DNA of 64,000 bases. Source: Candidatus Latescibacterota bacterium. Lineage in GTDB: Bacteria; Latescibacterota; UBA2968; UBA8231. Below the pieces are notes generated by a model that saw only the letters and a list, made by a program, of their open reading frames with translations, did not search any database and was not told the DNA's origin. The stretch spans positions 3,776,001 through 3,840,000 of the forward strand of contig OZ242318.1 in the NCBI GenBank assembly GCA_965208105.1. Direction: 5' to 3'. Positions 40,702 through 49,940 of the stretch are shown one piece after another. Both the position numbers and the translations under genes were made by a program. How positions within the stretch are numbered: position 1 is the stretch's first letter; each line of letters starts with the position of its first letter.

Positions 40702-40779
40702 ATAACTGGCTGATTTGGACGGGATGGGTCGGCGACCTGAACCCACCCACCTCGTGACAAATCAGCCAGTTATTTTTTT
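40702..40779 (+). terminator. Long-stem intrinsic terminator
   Basis: 16-bp perfect inverted repeat 40702-40717/40758-40773 followed by a T tract. Confidence 0.7.
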
Positions 40780-40882
40780 GGCCTCGCGGGTATCATGATT
40801 GAGGCAGAAGAGGAAACCGCTTCGAAGCCCATCTCCCACCTTGCTGCCGCGCCGACGACCCACCGGCGCAACCGAACTTCCA

Positions 40883-42880
40883 GTGAAAATAGCTGAATCC
40901 CCTCCGCCCTCGCCGCATGGGGGCGGCGCAGAGGAAGCCGGCGCCACCGAGCCCATCATCACCCTGCGCGCCCTCGTGCTGGGTCTCGTGACCATAACCG
41001 CCATGCTCTACTACCTGACCCAGGTAGTGCACCGCATCGGTTCCGGCACCTTCGTCCACTCCCAGTTCCCCATGGCGGTGATCATCCCCTTCGTGCTCTG
41101 GCTCTTTCTCAACGTCGTGCTCAAGCGCCTGTGGCCGCGCATGGCGCTGCGCCAGGGGGAGCTCCTGACCATTCTGGTCATGATGTGGGTGGTGGGCACC
41201 ATTCCGCAGCATGGGTGGATCAACTTCTGGGCCCCGATCCTGGCGGCGCCGACCTACTTCGCCTCGGCCGAAAATCAGTGGGCCGACACTTTCTTCGATT
41301 TTTTGCCATGGAGCGTCTTTCCGCCCACCGACCTCTCCGTGATCGACGGATTCTGGTTCGGTCTGCCCCAGGGAGCGGAACTGCCATGGGCGGCATGGGT
41401 GGGGGTCATATTCCAGTGGCTGGGTGTATCCATGGCCATGCTGGGTTTCGGCTTCTGCACCATCGTACTCTTTCACCGGCAGTGGGAGGAGAGGGAGAAG
41501 CTCACCTTTCCGCTGGCCCAGATGCCCCTCGATCTGATGCGCGGCTTCGACGGGCCGCGGCGCATGCCCGACCTCTTTCGCAGGCGCCTGTTCTGGATCG
41601 GCGCCCTCGTCGCCTTCCTCCCCATCCTCTACAATATCACTACCTACTTCACCCCAGGTCTGACCACCCTGGAGTTTCTGACCACCTACCGCTACCTCAA
41701 TCCCGAAATACCCTACATCGGCCATTTGAAGATCCGCTACATGCCCATTGTGATGGCGGTTACCTACCTGTGCCCCCTGGATATCCTCGGCAGCCTGGTG
41801 CTGTTCCGCATTCTGGAGTCGGTCAAGGTGGGGATCATTCACCGCGTCGGGTATTCGGTGGGGTCGCCGGGCCAGCAGATAAGCGGAGAGAACATAGTCT
41901 TCCTGGAGAACTACGGCGCCCTGATGTTCATAGCGATGTGGGCGGTCTGGATCGCCCGGCGCCATCTGCGCGAGCTCTGGCGCCAGGCCCGGACCGGAGA
42001 GGGAGACCCCCGGGAGGTGCGGCGCTATCGCCTCGCCTGGGCGGGGCTGCTGCTCTCCACCGTCTACGTGCTGGCCTGGGCCATGAGCCTTGGGGTCAAT
42101 CTGTTTCTCGCCGCCGGGGTGTTTGCCTTGATGGTGCTCACCCTCCTCGCCACCACCAAGCTGATCGCGGCCACCGGCTTCGCCTACCTGATGCCCTACC
42201 GGCCGCACCTGAAAGGCGACAGCTTCGTGGAGGAAATCGTCGGTACCGCCAGGATTCCCGCCCGCGACCTGACCGCCCTCAAGATTTTCACCAGCAAGGC
42301 ATTCTTCGGCACCTTCCTCATCCCCGCCTGGCCGGCGATCTCGCACATTCTGCGCATGTTCTCGCTGAGGCGTCAACCGGGGTGGGTGACCGCGGTGGTG
42401 TTCACCGCCTTTCCCGTGGGCTTCGTAGTGGCTGCGGTGTCCCTGATCGAGCTGGTCTACACCGAGGGCGGGGCCATGCTCTACGTGTCGCACTTCCGCA
42501 TTACCCAGGTGTACGAGCAGATATCCCATATCCTGCACAACCGCACCGCCTTCGACCTGGGGAAGCTGGGGGTGTTCATGTTCGGCTGGACCGAGGCGGG
42601 AATCCTGACCTACCTGAGGGCGCGGTTCCACTGGTTTCCGCTCCATCCGGTGGGACTTGCCTTCGAGGGGACCTTCGGTCCGGACCTCTACTGGTCGACC
42701 CTGGCCATCGTGTGGGTGGTAAAGCTGACCCTGTTGCGCTACGCGGGAGTCAAAGGATACCTGGCGGGAAAGCCCTTCTTCTACGGGTTGGGGATCGGCT
42801 ACGTGGGAGGGGTGATCCTCTCGGCGACGGTGGACCTGATCTGGTTCCCCAGCGCCGGCCACCGGGTGCACTGGTGGTGA
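40883..42880 (+). CDS. DUF6785/DUF6784-type polytopic membrane protein (putative transporter)
   Basis: RQWEEREKLTFPL, WFPLHPVG, YAG...Y....PFFYGL motifs; start uncertain. Confidence 0.7.
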   Translation: MKIAESPPPSPHGGGAEEAGATEPIITLRALVLGLVTITAMLYYLTQVVHRIGSGTFVHSQFPMAVIIPFVLWLFLNVVLKRLWPRMALRQGELLTILVMMWVVGTIPQHGWINFWAPILAAPTYFASAENQWADTFFDFLPWSVFPPTDLSVIDGFWFGLPQGAELPWAAWVGVIFQWLGVSMAMLGFGFCTIVLFHRQWEEREKLTFPLAQMPLDLMRGFDGPRRMPDLFRRRLFWIGALVAFLPILYNITTYFTPGLTTLEFLTTYRYLNPEIPYIGHLKIRYMPIVMAVTYLCPLDILGSLVLFRILESVKVGIIHRVGYSVGSPGQQISGENIVFLENYGALMFIAMWAVWIARRHLRELWRQARTGEGDPREVRRYRLAWAGLLLSTVYVLAWAMSLGVNLFLAAGVFALMVLTLLATTKLIAATGFAYLMPYRPHLKGDSFVEEIVGTARIPARDLTALKIFTSKAFFGTFLIPAWPAISHILRMFSLRRQPGWVTAVVFTAFPVGFVVAAVSLIELVYTEGGAMLYVSHFRITQVYEQISHILHNRTAFDLGKLGVFMFGWTEAGILTYLRARFHWFPLHPVGLAFEGTFGPDLYWSTLAIVWVVKLTLLRYAGVKGYLAGKPFFYGLGIGYVGGVILSATVDLIWFPSAGHRVHWW

Positions 42881-42976
42881 GAGCGCGGGGGAGGGCCGCC
42901 ATGGGACCTTGCGGGAAGGCGGCAAGGGATTTCGGGCGCCGGGCATCCCCGGACGGAACCTGCTTCCCATCCGGGA

Positions 42977-44677
42977 TCAGAACCGGATCTCGACGCCTTC
43001 ACCCCGCCGCAGGATGACTATCTGGTTGGCGCCGAAATCGCCGAAGCTCTCGGCATAGCCGTCGGTCCAGCGCACCGCTACCTCGGAGACCCCTTCCTCC
43101 GTCCCCAGTCCCAGGTGAACGCGCGGGTCGTTGGCCGCGAGATAGCTGTAAGCCGTGCGCACCTCGCGGGTCTTCCCGGCGCCCGCTGCCCGGAGGGTAA
43201 CGACCGCGCCCAGGGCGTCGCCGCCGTGCTCGTTAAGCACCCGGAATGCAATCCAGTTTCCCCTTGCCGCGGCCAGGTTGTGGAGCAGGTAGGCCGGCGC
43301 GTCCCGGTTGACCACCAGCACGTCCACTCCGCCGTCGTTGTCCACGTCCCCGAAGGCCGCGGCCCGGCTGGTGGCCACCAGGAGTTCCTCCGTACCTCCC
43401 CTGGGCAGGACCTCCTCGAAGCGCGCCCCCGGCCTGCCGCGGAAGAGCAGGTTGGGTTCGGCGAAGGGATCGGCGCTGTGCCGGGCGAGCTGGCTGATGT
43501 CCCCGATGCTGCCGTTGGCGAGGTAGAGGTCCAGCAGCCCGTCGTTGTCGAAGTCGAGGATGCCCACTCCGAAACGGGTGAACACCCCCCTGTCCCAGAC
43601 CAGCCCGACCGCCGCGGTGGCGTCGGTGAAGTACTCTCCCCGGTTGAGGAAGAAGGAATCCGACTGCCGGCGCAGATTGACAACCAGCAGATCGAGGGTG
43701 GAGTCGTCGTCGACATCGACGGCGCTGACCCCCATTCCCGCCTTGGCCTTGCCGCTCTCGTCCAGGGCGCAGCCCCGCAGCAGGGCCTGGTCGGCGAAGG
43801 TGCCGTCCCCCCGGTTCAGCCACAGGCGGTCCAGGTTGCTGTCGTTGGCCACGAAGATGTCGGGCCGGCCGTCCCCGTCGAAATCGCCGCAAACGACCCC
43901 CAGCCCGTTGCCCGAGGCGGCGCCCATGCCGGCTTCCGCGCTCACGTCGGCGAAGGTGCCGTCCCCGTTGTTGCGGTAGAGCACGTCGATGGTGGGAGCA
44001 TCGTACTCGAGGGGGTAGCAGTAGTCCGGCTCTCCCAGGGGATTGGGGCATTCCCTTTCAACCTCCATGGACCAGCCGACGTAATTGGTGGCGAACAGGT
44101 CGAGGTCGCCGTCCGCGTCGTAATCGAGGAAGGCCGCGCTTGCGCCCCAGCTTCCATCTCCCACCCCGGCCGTGGCTGTGACGTCCGCGAAGCGTCCATT
44201 GCCTTCGTTGCGCAGCAGAACATTGGGTCCGACGTTGGTAACGTAGAGGTCGGTGTTGCCGTCGTTGTCGTAGTCTCCCGTGGCCACCCCCATGCCGTAG
44301 CCGCGGTGGCCGGCGCCGCTTTGAGGGGTGACGTCGTCGAAGCGGCCATCGCCCCTGTTGCGATAGAGCCGGTTGCCGGGACGGGCGCGCTCCCCGGCTT
44401 CCAACCGCCCCCCCTGCACCAGGTAGGCGTCCAGGTCGCCGTCGCCGTCCATGTCGAAGAGGGCGGCTCCACCTGCCATTATCTCGGGCATCAGGTGGCG
44501 GCCTCGGTGGCCGGATTCGAAGCTGAAGCCGATTCCTCGGTCGGCGGCGGCGTCCCGGAACCAGGGGGATCCGGGTGGGGAATTCGCAGTCCCCACATCC
44601 CCTTTCTGGCCGCAGCCGCAAAGAATCAGCAGGACGGCGGTGCCACACAGGGGCAACCACTGGCGACCGGAACCCAT
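42977..44677 (-). CDS. CRTAC1-family (FG-GAP + ASPIC/UnbV) lipoprotein
   Basis: GDYDNDG..DLYV repeats, SYLAAND.RVHLGLG; lipobox-like LCGC. Confidence 0.9.
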   Translation of the reverse strand: MGSGRQWLPLCGTAVLLILCGCGQKGDVGTANSPPGSPWFRDAAADRGIGFSFESGHRGRHLMPEIMAGGAALFDMDGDGDLDAYLVQGGRLEAGERARPGNRLYRNRGDGRFDDVTPQSGAGHRGYGMGVATGDYDNDGNTDLYVTNVGPNVLLRNEGNGRFADVTATAGVGDGSWGASAAFLDYDADGDLDLFATNYVGWSMEVERECPNPLGEPDYCYPLEYDAPTIDVLYRNNGDGTFADVSAEAGMGAASGNGLGVVCGDFDGDGRPDIFVANDSNLDRLWLNRGDGTFADQALLRGCALDESGKAKAGMGVSAVDVDDDSTLDLLVVNLRRQSDSFFLNRGEYFTDATAAVGLVWDRGVFTRFGVGILDFDNDGLLDLYLANGSIGDISQLARHSADPFAEPNLLFRGRPGARFEEVLPRGGTEELLVATSRAAAFGDVDNDGGVDVLVVNRDAPAYLLHNLAAARGNWIAFRVLNEHGGDALGAVVTLRAAGAGKTREVRTAYSYLAANDPRVHLGLGTEEGVSEVAVRWTDGYAESFGDFGANQIVILRRGEGVEIRF

Positions 44678-44680
44678 CCC

Positions 44681-44846
44681 TAGTGCTCCGTCGCAGAAAT
44701 ATGTCGCCATTTTTCCACCGATCCATCCCGGCTCACGGCGTTGCCTTCACTCGCCGTACACCGCTGGTACGACTCGCTCAGGCGCCTTGTGAGCCGGGCG
44801 CCTCGGCGGCCCAATTTCGTCAACCTGTCTCTGCGACGGGACACTA
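44681..44846. mobile_element. 166-bp MITE, copy 2
   Basis: Near-identical to 21515-21680; CTAG at both ends. Confidence 0.85.
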
Positions 44847-46253
44847 GGGGTCCTCCCTCCGGGCTTTGAGTCGCCGCACTTCCTGCAGCATTCCCTCGAG
44901 CTTGGGATTGAGGGCGGCGGCGCGTTTGAAAGCGGCTTCAGCCTGGTCCAGCTCTCCGAGTCTCTTCCAGGCCTCGCCGAGGCTCATGAAAGCCTGGTAG
45001 TAGGTCGAGTCGAGTTCGGTGGCGGCCTGGAGACTGGCGAGCCCGGCCTCCCACTGCTCCATGGAGCAGCGGACCAGCCCAAGCTGCAGCTGGTGCCGGG
45101 GATTGTGCGGGTCCTGCTGCAGCGCCAGTTCCAGGGCCTCCGCCGCGGCGGGGTAGCTGCCCAGTTGGGCAAGAAGGTATCCCTTTTTTGCGTAGGCTTC
45201 TCCCAGCCTGGGGTCCAGGGCAATGGCCCGGTCCAGATGCTCGAGGGCCGCGCTGGAGTTTTGCAGCCCGGTGTAAGCGGATGCCAGATTCAAATGAACC
45301 TGGACGTCCTCCGGGGAGTCCCTCGACAATTGCCGATGTACTTCGAGCGCCTTCCTGAACTGTTTGCGGCTGCTGTAGATCATGCCCAGATTCTGCAGCA
45401 CGGCCTGATCCCGGGGGTAGATCCGCCGCAGTTTCTCCAGTAGGCCGAGGGCGGCATCCATGCGCCCGGCAGCGAAGAACCGGCGCGCCCTCTCGAACTC
45501 CACGTCCAGACCCGTCTTGTGCCGGATTACCTCCCTGTCCCACTCGTCCGGGGCAGGCAGGGGGGAGCTACCGGCGCCGAGCTCCAGGGCTGTCCTGGCT
45601 TCCTCCCAGCGGCCCAGTTGGCGGTAGGCCGTCCCCAGGAGCAGTTGGGCATAGCCGTCCCGGGGCCACTTCTTCACCACATCCTCGAGCACGTCCGCCG
45701 CCTTTCCGGGCTGCTGCCGCTGCAGCAGGACCCGGGCATGGCCCCACCAGCCGGAAGGATCGTCCGGGTCGAGGGCGATGGCCGCTTCGAACGAGGTCTG
45801 CGCCTGCTCCAGATGTCCCTCCTCCAGTTGCCACATGCCCAGGCGCCAGCGCATGGGCGCAAAGTCCGGGGCCGCGGCGACGACCCGCCCGGCTGCCTCA
45901 TGGGCGCCGGCCCGGTCCCCCATGGTCATCTTGATCTTCGCCACCCGGTACCAGGCCCTGGGGTGGTTTTCGTCGAGGGCGAGGGCGTGGAGATAGCTGT
46001 CCAGGGCGAGGGAGGTGAGGAGGTGGGCTTCGTAGACGTAGCCCAGGCGCAGCCACAAATGCGGGTTCCCCGGGTCGGCGGAAATCTCCTGGAGGGTCAG
46101 CTCCACCCGCTGGCGGAGCAGGGGATCCCTGCCCTGGAGGACGTCCGGGACGGTCAGGTCGAGGGGGCGGGGCGGCCACAGGACAACAGTGGCCGCGGCG
46201 CCGGCCGCCGCTGCGATCAACAGCCCTATGAGGTGCGTTTTTCCGAGTCGCAT
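44844..46253 (-). CDS. Tetratricopeptide repeat protein with N-terminal anchor
   Basis: Multiple TPR units (LG..Y...A...A.ALDP). Confidence 0.9.
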   Translation of the reverse strand: MRLGKTHLIGLLIAAAAGAAATVVLWPPRPLDLTVPDVLQGRDPLLRQRVELTLQEISADPGNPHLWLRLGYVYEAHLLTSLALDSYLHALALDENHPRAWYRVAKIKMTMGDRAGAHEAAGRVVAAAPDFAPMRWRLGMWQLEEGHLEQAQTSFEAAIALDPDDPSGWWGHARVLLQRQQPGKAADVLEDVVKKWPRDGYAQLLLGTAYRQLGRWEEARTALELGAGSSPLPAPDEWDREVIRHKTGLDVEFERARRFFAAGRMDAALGLLEKLRRIYPRDQAVLQNLGMIYSSRKQFRKALEVHRQLSRDSPEDVQVHLNLASAYTGLQNSSAALEHLDRAIALDPRLGEAYAKKGYLLAQLGSYPAAAEALELALQQDPHNPRHQLQLGLVRCSMEQWEAGLASLQAATELDSTYYQAFMSLGEAWKRLGELDQAEAAFKRAAALNPKLEGMLQEVRRLKARREDP

Positions 46254-46420
46254 GTTCCCCGATTGATCAGCAATGTGCTCGCGCCTCGCGAATTTTCAAA
46301 AGCCCGGCCAGGCCCTGGGGGGTTTCGCGCCGCAGGATGCCGCGCCGGGGGATCCTTGCCCAGGAGTCCTTGGGCAGGAAGCGCGGCATGCGCAGGGAAA
46401 CGATCCCGGCAGGGGGATTA

Positions 46421-48142
46421 TCACGAGCGCGGCGATCCGCTCTCGCCCGTAGTCTCCATGGTCATGAGCTGGATGATGTCGTTGCTGGTGACCGCGCCCA
46501 AAAACTTTTCCGAGTCCCTTTCCACGACGGGCATGACGGAAAGAGAACTCTCTGACATACGGTGCAGCACGTCTTCGACTTGCTCATCAGGCCAGGCCAA
46601 TGGGGTTTGGCGCCGTACCACAGCGTCGAGCCGGGTCTTGCCCCAGGCGTCCTTGGGCAGGTAGCGGAGCATCTCCAGAGATACGATCCCGACCAGCGCT
46701 TCCTTATCTGCCACGACGTAGTGGGGCTGGTGCGGAACGATCCACCGCTCCGTGAAATCACGCACTGTGACCGAAGGCGCCGGATGCGGATGCGAGCGGT
46801 CCAGAATGTCATCGATCCTGATGTCTTCCAGCGCGAAGCGGACCATTCCCAACGGAATGTCGTCAAGTTGCGCCGGCAGGTCGGTCCTGCGGCTGGTCCG
46901 GCTCACCGCGAAGTTGATCACCCCCGGCATGAACAGGATGTAGCAGAACATCACCAGCACCAGGAATGAGAAAACCACCTCGTCGATGATTCCGGAGTCC
47001 CACATGACCAGCAGCAGCGCGATTTCAGCCACTCCCTTGCCCATCAGTCCGGTGGCCACGGCGTAGGGAACGACGAGGCGGGACACGTAAGCGCCGATGA
47101 AGGCGCCGGTGAAGTTGCCGAGCAATGGGATCAGCGCCAATCCCGCCATGGCCCCCAGCGGCAAGGTCGCGAAGGTAAAGCTGAAGCACAATCCGGCGGA
47201 AGCAAAGAAGAGGGGCACGAAAAATCCCTCGGCCACGCTGCGAAACCCTGGGATGATCTCCCGCCGCACCTGGTAGGGAAGGCTCGACAGCGACGCCCCG
47301 AACAGTAAAGCACCCAGCGAGCCGTGGAGTCCCACTGCTTCCGCGCCGTACACTATCAGGAAGAGCATGCCAAGCAGTAGACCCAGGGAGAGTTGCGGCA
47401 CCTGGATCACCCGCTGCAACAGCGCCACCAACGGCGGCAGCACCCGCGACGACAAAACCCAGGTCACCACCGAAAAACCGGCGACTTTGCCCAGCAAAAT
47501 CAGTATGCCCACAGGCGAAACCTGGTGGGCGTGTTCGCCGATGCTGACGCCGATCAGCAGCAGGGCAATCAACTCGGCGATGATCACCACCGTGAAGATC
47601 TGCAGTCCAACCGGCTGTTTCAGGTATCCGCCGTCCGTCAGCACTTTGGCCACGATGCCCAGACTGGTCATCGAAAGCACGCCGGCCAACGCCAGCGACT
47701 CGGTGAAATTCAGCTGCAGTCCGAAATCGAATACTGAATCGGTGGTGACCAGCATCGAAATGCTCAGGGAAACGATCACGGACAGTACGGCCGCGAGGAA
47801 GTAATGGCCTTTGAGGGACGACATGAAACTGGAAATATCCACTTCGTCCAGGCCGATCAGGAAAAAGAATACGAACACGCCCAGCGTCAGAACCAGCTCG
47901 AGGTGCAGCGAAGACTCAATCCACCAGACGCCGGTCTGTTCCATGACCGGCCCGAGAAAAATACCTGACGCCGCATAGGCGACGATGGAGTTCAACCGCA
48001 GCCTGCGAAAAACGCCCTCGGCCAACTTGGCGACGATGATGAGCATCCCGAGAGTCAACAGGGACCGGTGCAGTTCGTGCGCGTGCTCAGCGAATCTGAA
48101 CAGGTCCACTATTTCCTGGAGCGAGAAGCCTTCCATGGACAT
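46421..48142 (-). CDS. Cation:proton antiporter (CPA2) with C-terminal CBS pair
   Basis: TSLGIV, FFVPLFFAS, KGVAE motifs; CBS-like C-terminus. Confidence 0.85.
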   Translation of the reverse strand: MSMEGFSLQEIVDLFRFAEHAHELHRSLLTLGMLIIVAKLAEGVFRRLRLNSIVAYAASGIFLGPVMEQTGVWWIESSLHLELVLTLGVFVFFFLIGLDEVDISSFMSSLKGHYFLAAVLSVIVSLSISMLVTTDSVFDFGLQLNFTESLALAGVLSMTSLGIVAKVLTDGGYLKQPVGLQIFTVVIIAELIALLLIGVSIGEHAHQVSPVGILILLGKVAGFSVVTWVLSSRVLPPLVALLQRVIQVPQLSLGLLLGMLFLIVYGAEAVGLHGSLGALLFGASLSSLPYQVRREIIPGFRSVAEGFFVPLFFASAGLCFSFTFATLPLGAMAGLALIPLLGNFTGAFIGAYVSRLVVPYAVATGLMGKGVAEIALLLVMWDSGIIDEVVFSFLVLVMFCYILFMPGVINFAVSRTSRRTDLPAQLDDIPLGMVRFALEDIRIDDILDRSHPHPAPSVTVRDFTERWIVPHQPHYVVADKEALVGIVSLEMLRYLPKDAWGKTRLDAVVRRQTPLAWPDEQVEDVLHRMSESSLSVMPVVERDSEKFLGAVTSNDIIQLMTMETTGESGSPRS

Positions 48143-48176
48143 ATTGAAGCTCTCCGCAGGTGCCGTTTGGGGGTCT

Positions 48177-49453
48177 TTAGTACGAGTCTCTCAGTTTTTC
48201 GACCCCGCGGTACTTGCCGTCCGTACCAATCACGGTCAGGAACACGGCGTCGGATCCCTGGTTATCGTCCGGCCCGTATTTGAGCTGCATGCCGTCAATT
48301 TCTATGGCGCCGGCGTCTCGCACCGCGTGGAGAAGGCCCTCTCGACTCAGGTCGGGGCCGCAGGCTTGGAGACCGGCGACGGCCAGGCGTCCGGCCAGAT
48401 AACCTTCCAACGAAACGAACCCGGGTTCCGCCTGGGGGGCGTACTCGGAGAGGGCGCCGTGGTATCGAGCCACCACGGGGATGTCTTCGTCATCGGGGGA
48501 GGAACTACCTGCGTAACGTAGACGCCGGCCCCGTCGGGCCCCAACTCCTTCGCCAAAGCGTTGCTCCCCACGAAGGAGACCGTCATGAATACCGGGTCAA
48601 GCTCACGCCGCACCAACTCTATGGTCTTGACCACCGGCTTGTAGGAGCCAATCAAGATCACCGCTTCCGGATTGGCCGCGGTGATCTCGAGCGCGGCTCC
48701 CTTCACGGCGCGGGTATTGCGCGGGTAGTGCGAGGCCGCTACCGGCACCAGGCCCCGGCGCTCCAGCGCCAATCGCGCGCCCTCCAGCCCGTTCAAGCCG
48801 AAGGAATCATCCTGATAGAGGACGGCAACGCGGGTGATCCCCACATCCCCGGTGAGCCGCGCCACCATCTCCTCGGTTTCCTGGTAGTACGATGCCCGGA
48901 CGTTGAGCACATTGTCCAACTCCGGGTCGCGCAGGAACTCGGCCCCCGTGAACGGAGCCAGGAAGGGCACCCCGGCCGCCCGGGCCAGCGGTGATGCAGC
49001 GCGGGACGTGGGCGTGCCCACCGCTCCGATCAGCGCGAATACTCCTCCATTCTCAATCAACCGCTGCGTGTTGGAGGCGGCGAAGTCGGTTTCATAGCCG
49101 TCATCCAACGCCTTGAGCTTCAGTTCGCGGCCATGGACGCCTCCTGCCTGGTTGGCCTCGTGGAATGCCGCCTCGATTCCCAGGCGCATCGCCTTGCCCA
49201 ACTCCCGGGCAGGCCCGGTGAACGCGGCGGATTGACCGAAGAGGACGTGGTCGTCGGAAAACCCGGGGCCCTCGTGGCCCTCTTTCTGCGCCGTTGCCGG
49301 GTGCGGCGTATTCATTCCCCTTCCGCCGTCATTTGGCTCGGGGGCGTCCTGCCCGCCCAGACAGGCCATGCCAAGGGCCGCCAGCAGCAACCCTGCAATC
49401 ATCACAAGGGGGGGTATCAAGTGAGAAACCAAACGCCGTGCCGGCTTCATCAT
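48177..49453 (-). pseudogene. Branched-chain amino acid-type ABC substrate-binding protein, frameshifted near 48495
   Basis: GQSAAFTG, GGVHGR, DDGYE, VGTPT, NVRASY; C-terminus (SLEGY.AG) lies in another frame. Confidence 0.8.
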
Positions 49454-49757
49454 TGCGTTCTCCTCACTGGGCAGATTGTGGAAGAGTAGAATCAGCGTCT
49501 TCTCCCCGCTACCCAAACCCATGCCATCGGCGCGGGCCTGCTGCCCGGTTTCCCCGGGCGGGGATTCCCGCAAATGACGGACCAATTAAGTATCAACGGG
49601 GCAGACCGTCAAGGAACGGGGACTCCCTTGCGCAGCTTGTCCGGCAGGTACCGGAGGTCTATATTTTCGACTCCGAAACCAGACCGATGAAGCGGCCAAA
49701 ATCAGGTCCGGCCGCGCCCTCATTCCACCTCGCGATCATACTTCATGACCACAAGAC

Positions 49758-49923
49758 TAGTGTCGCGTCGCAGAGATAGATTGACAAAATTGGGATGCCG
49801 AGGCGCCTGGCTCACAAGGCGCCTGAGCGAGTCGTACCGGGGGTGTACGGCGAGCGAAGGCAACGCCGTGAGCAGGGATGGATCGGCGTTCCAATGTCGA
49901 CATATTTCTGCGACGCGACACTA
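49758..49923. mobile_element. 166-bp MITE, copy 3 (inverted, more diverged)
   Basis: TIR TAGTGTCGCGTCGCAGA...TCTGCGACGCGACACTA. Confidence 0.85.
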
Positions 49924-49940
49924 AGAGAGGGAGTTGGTTC

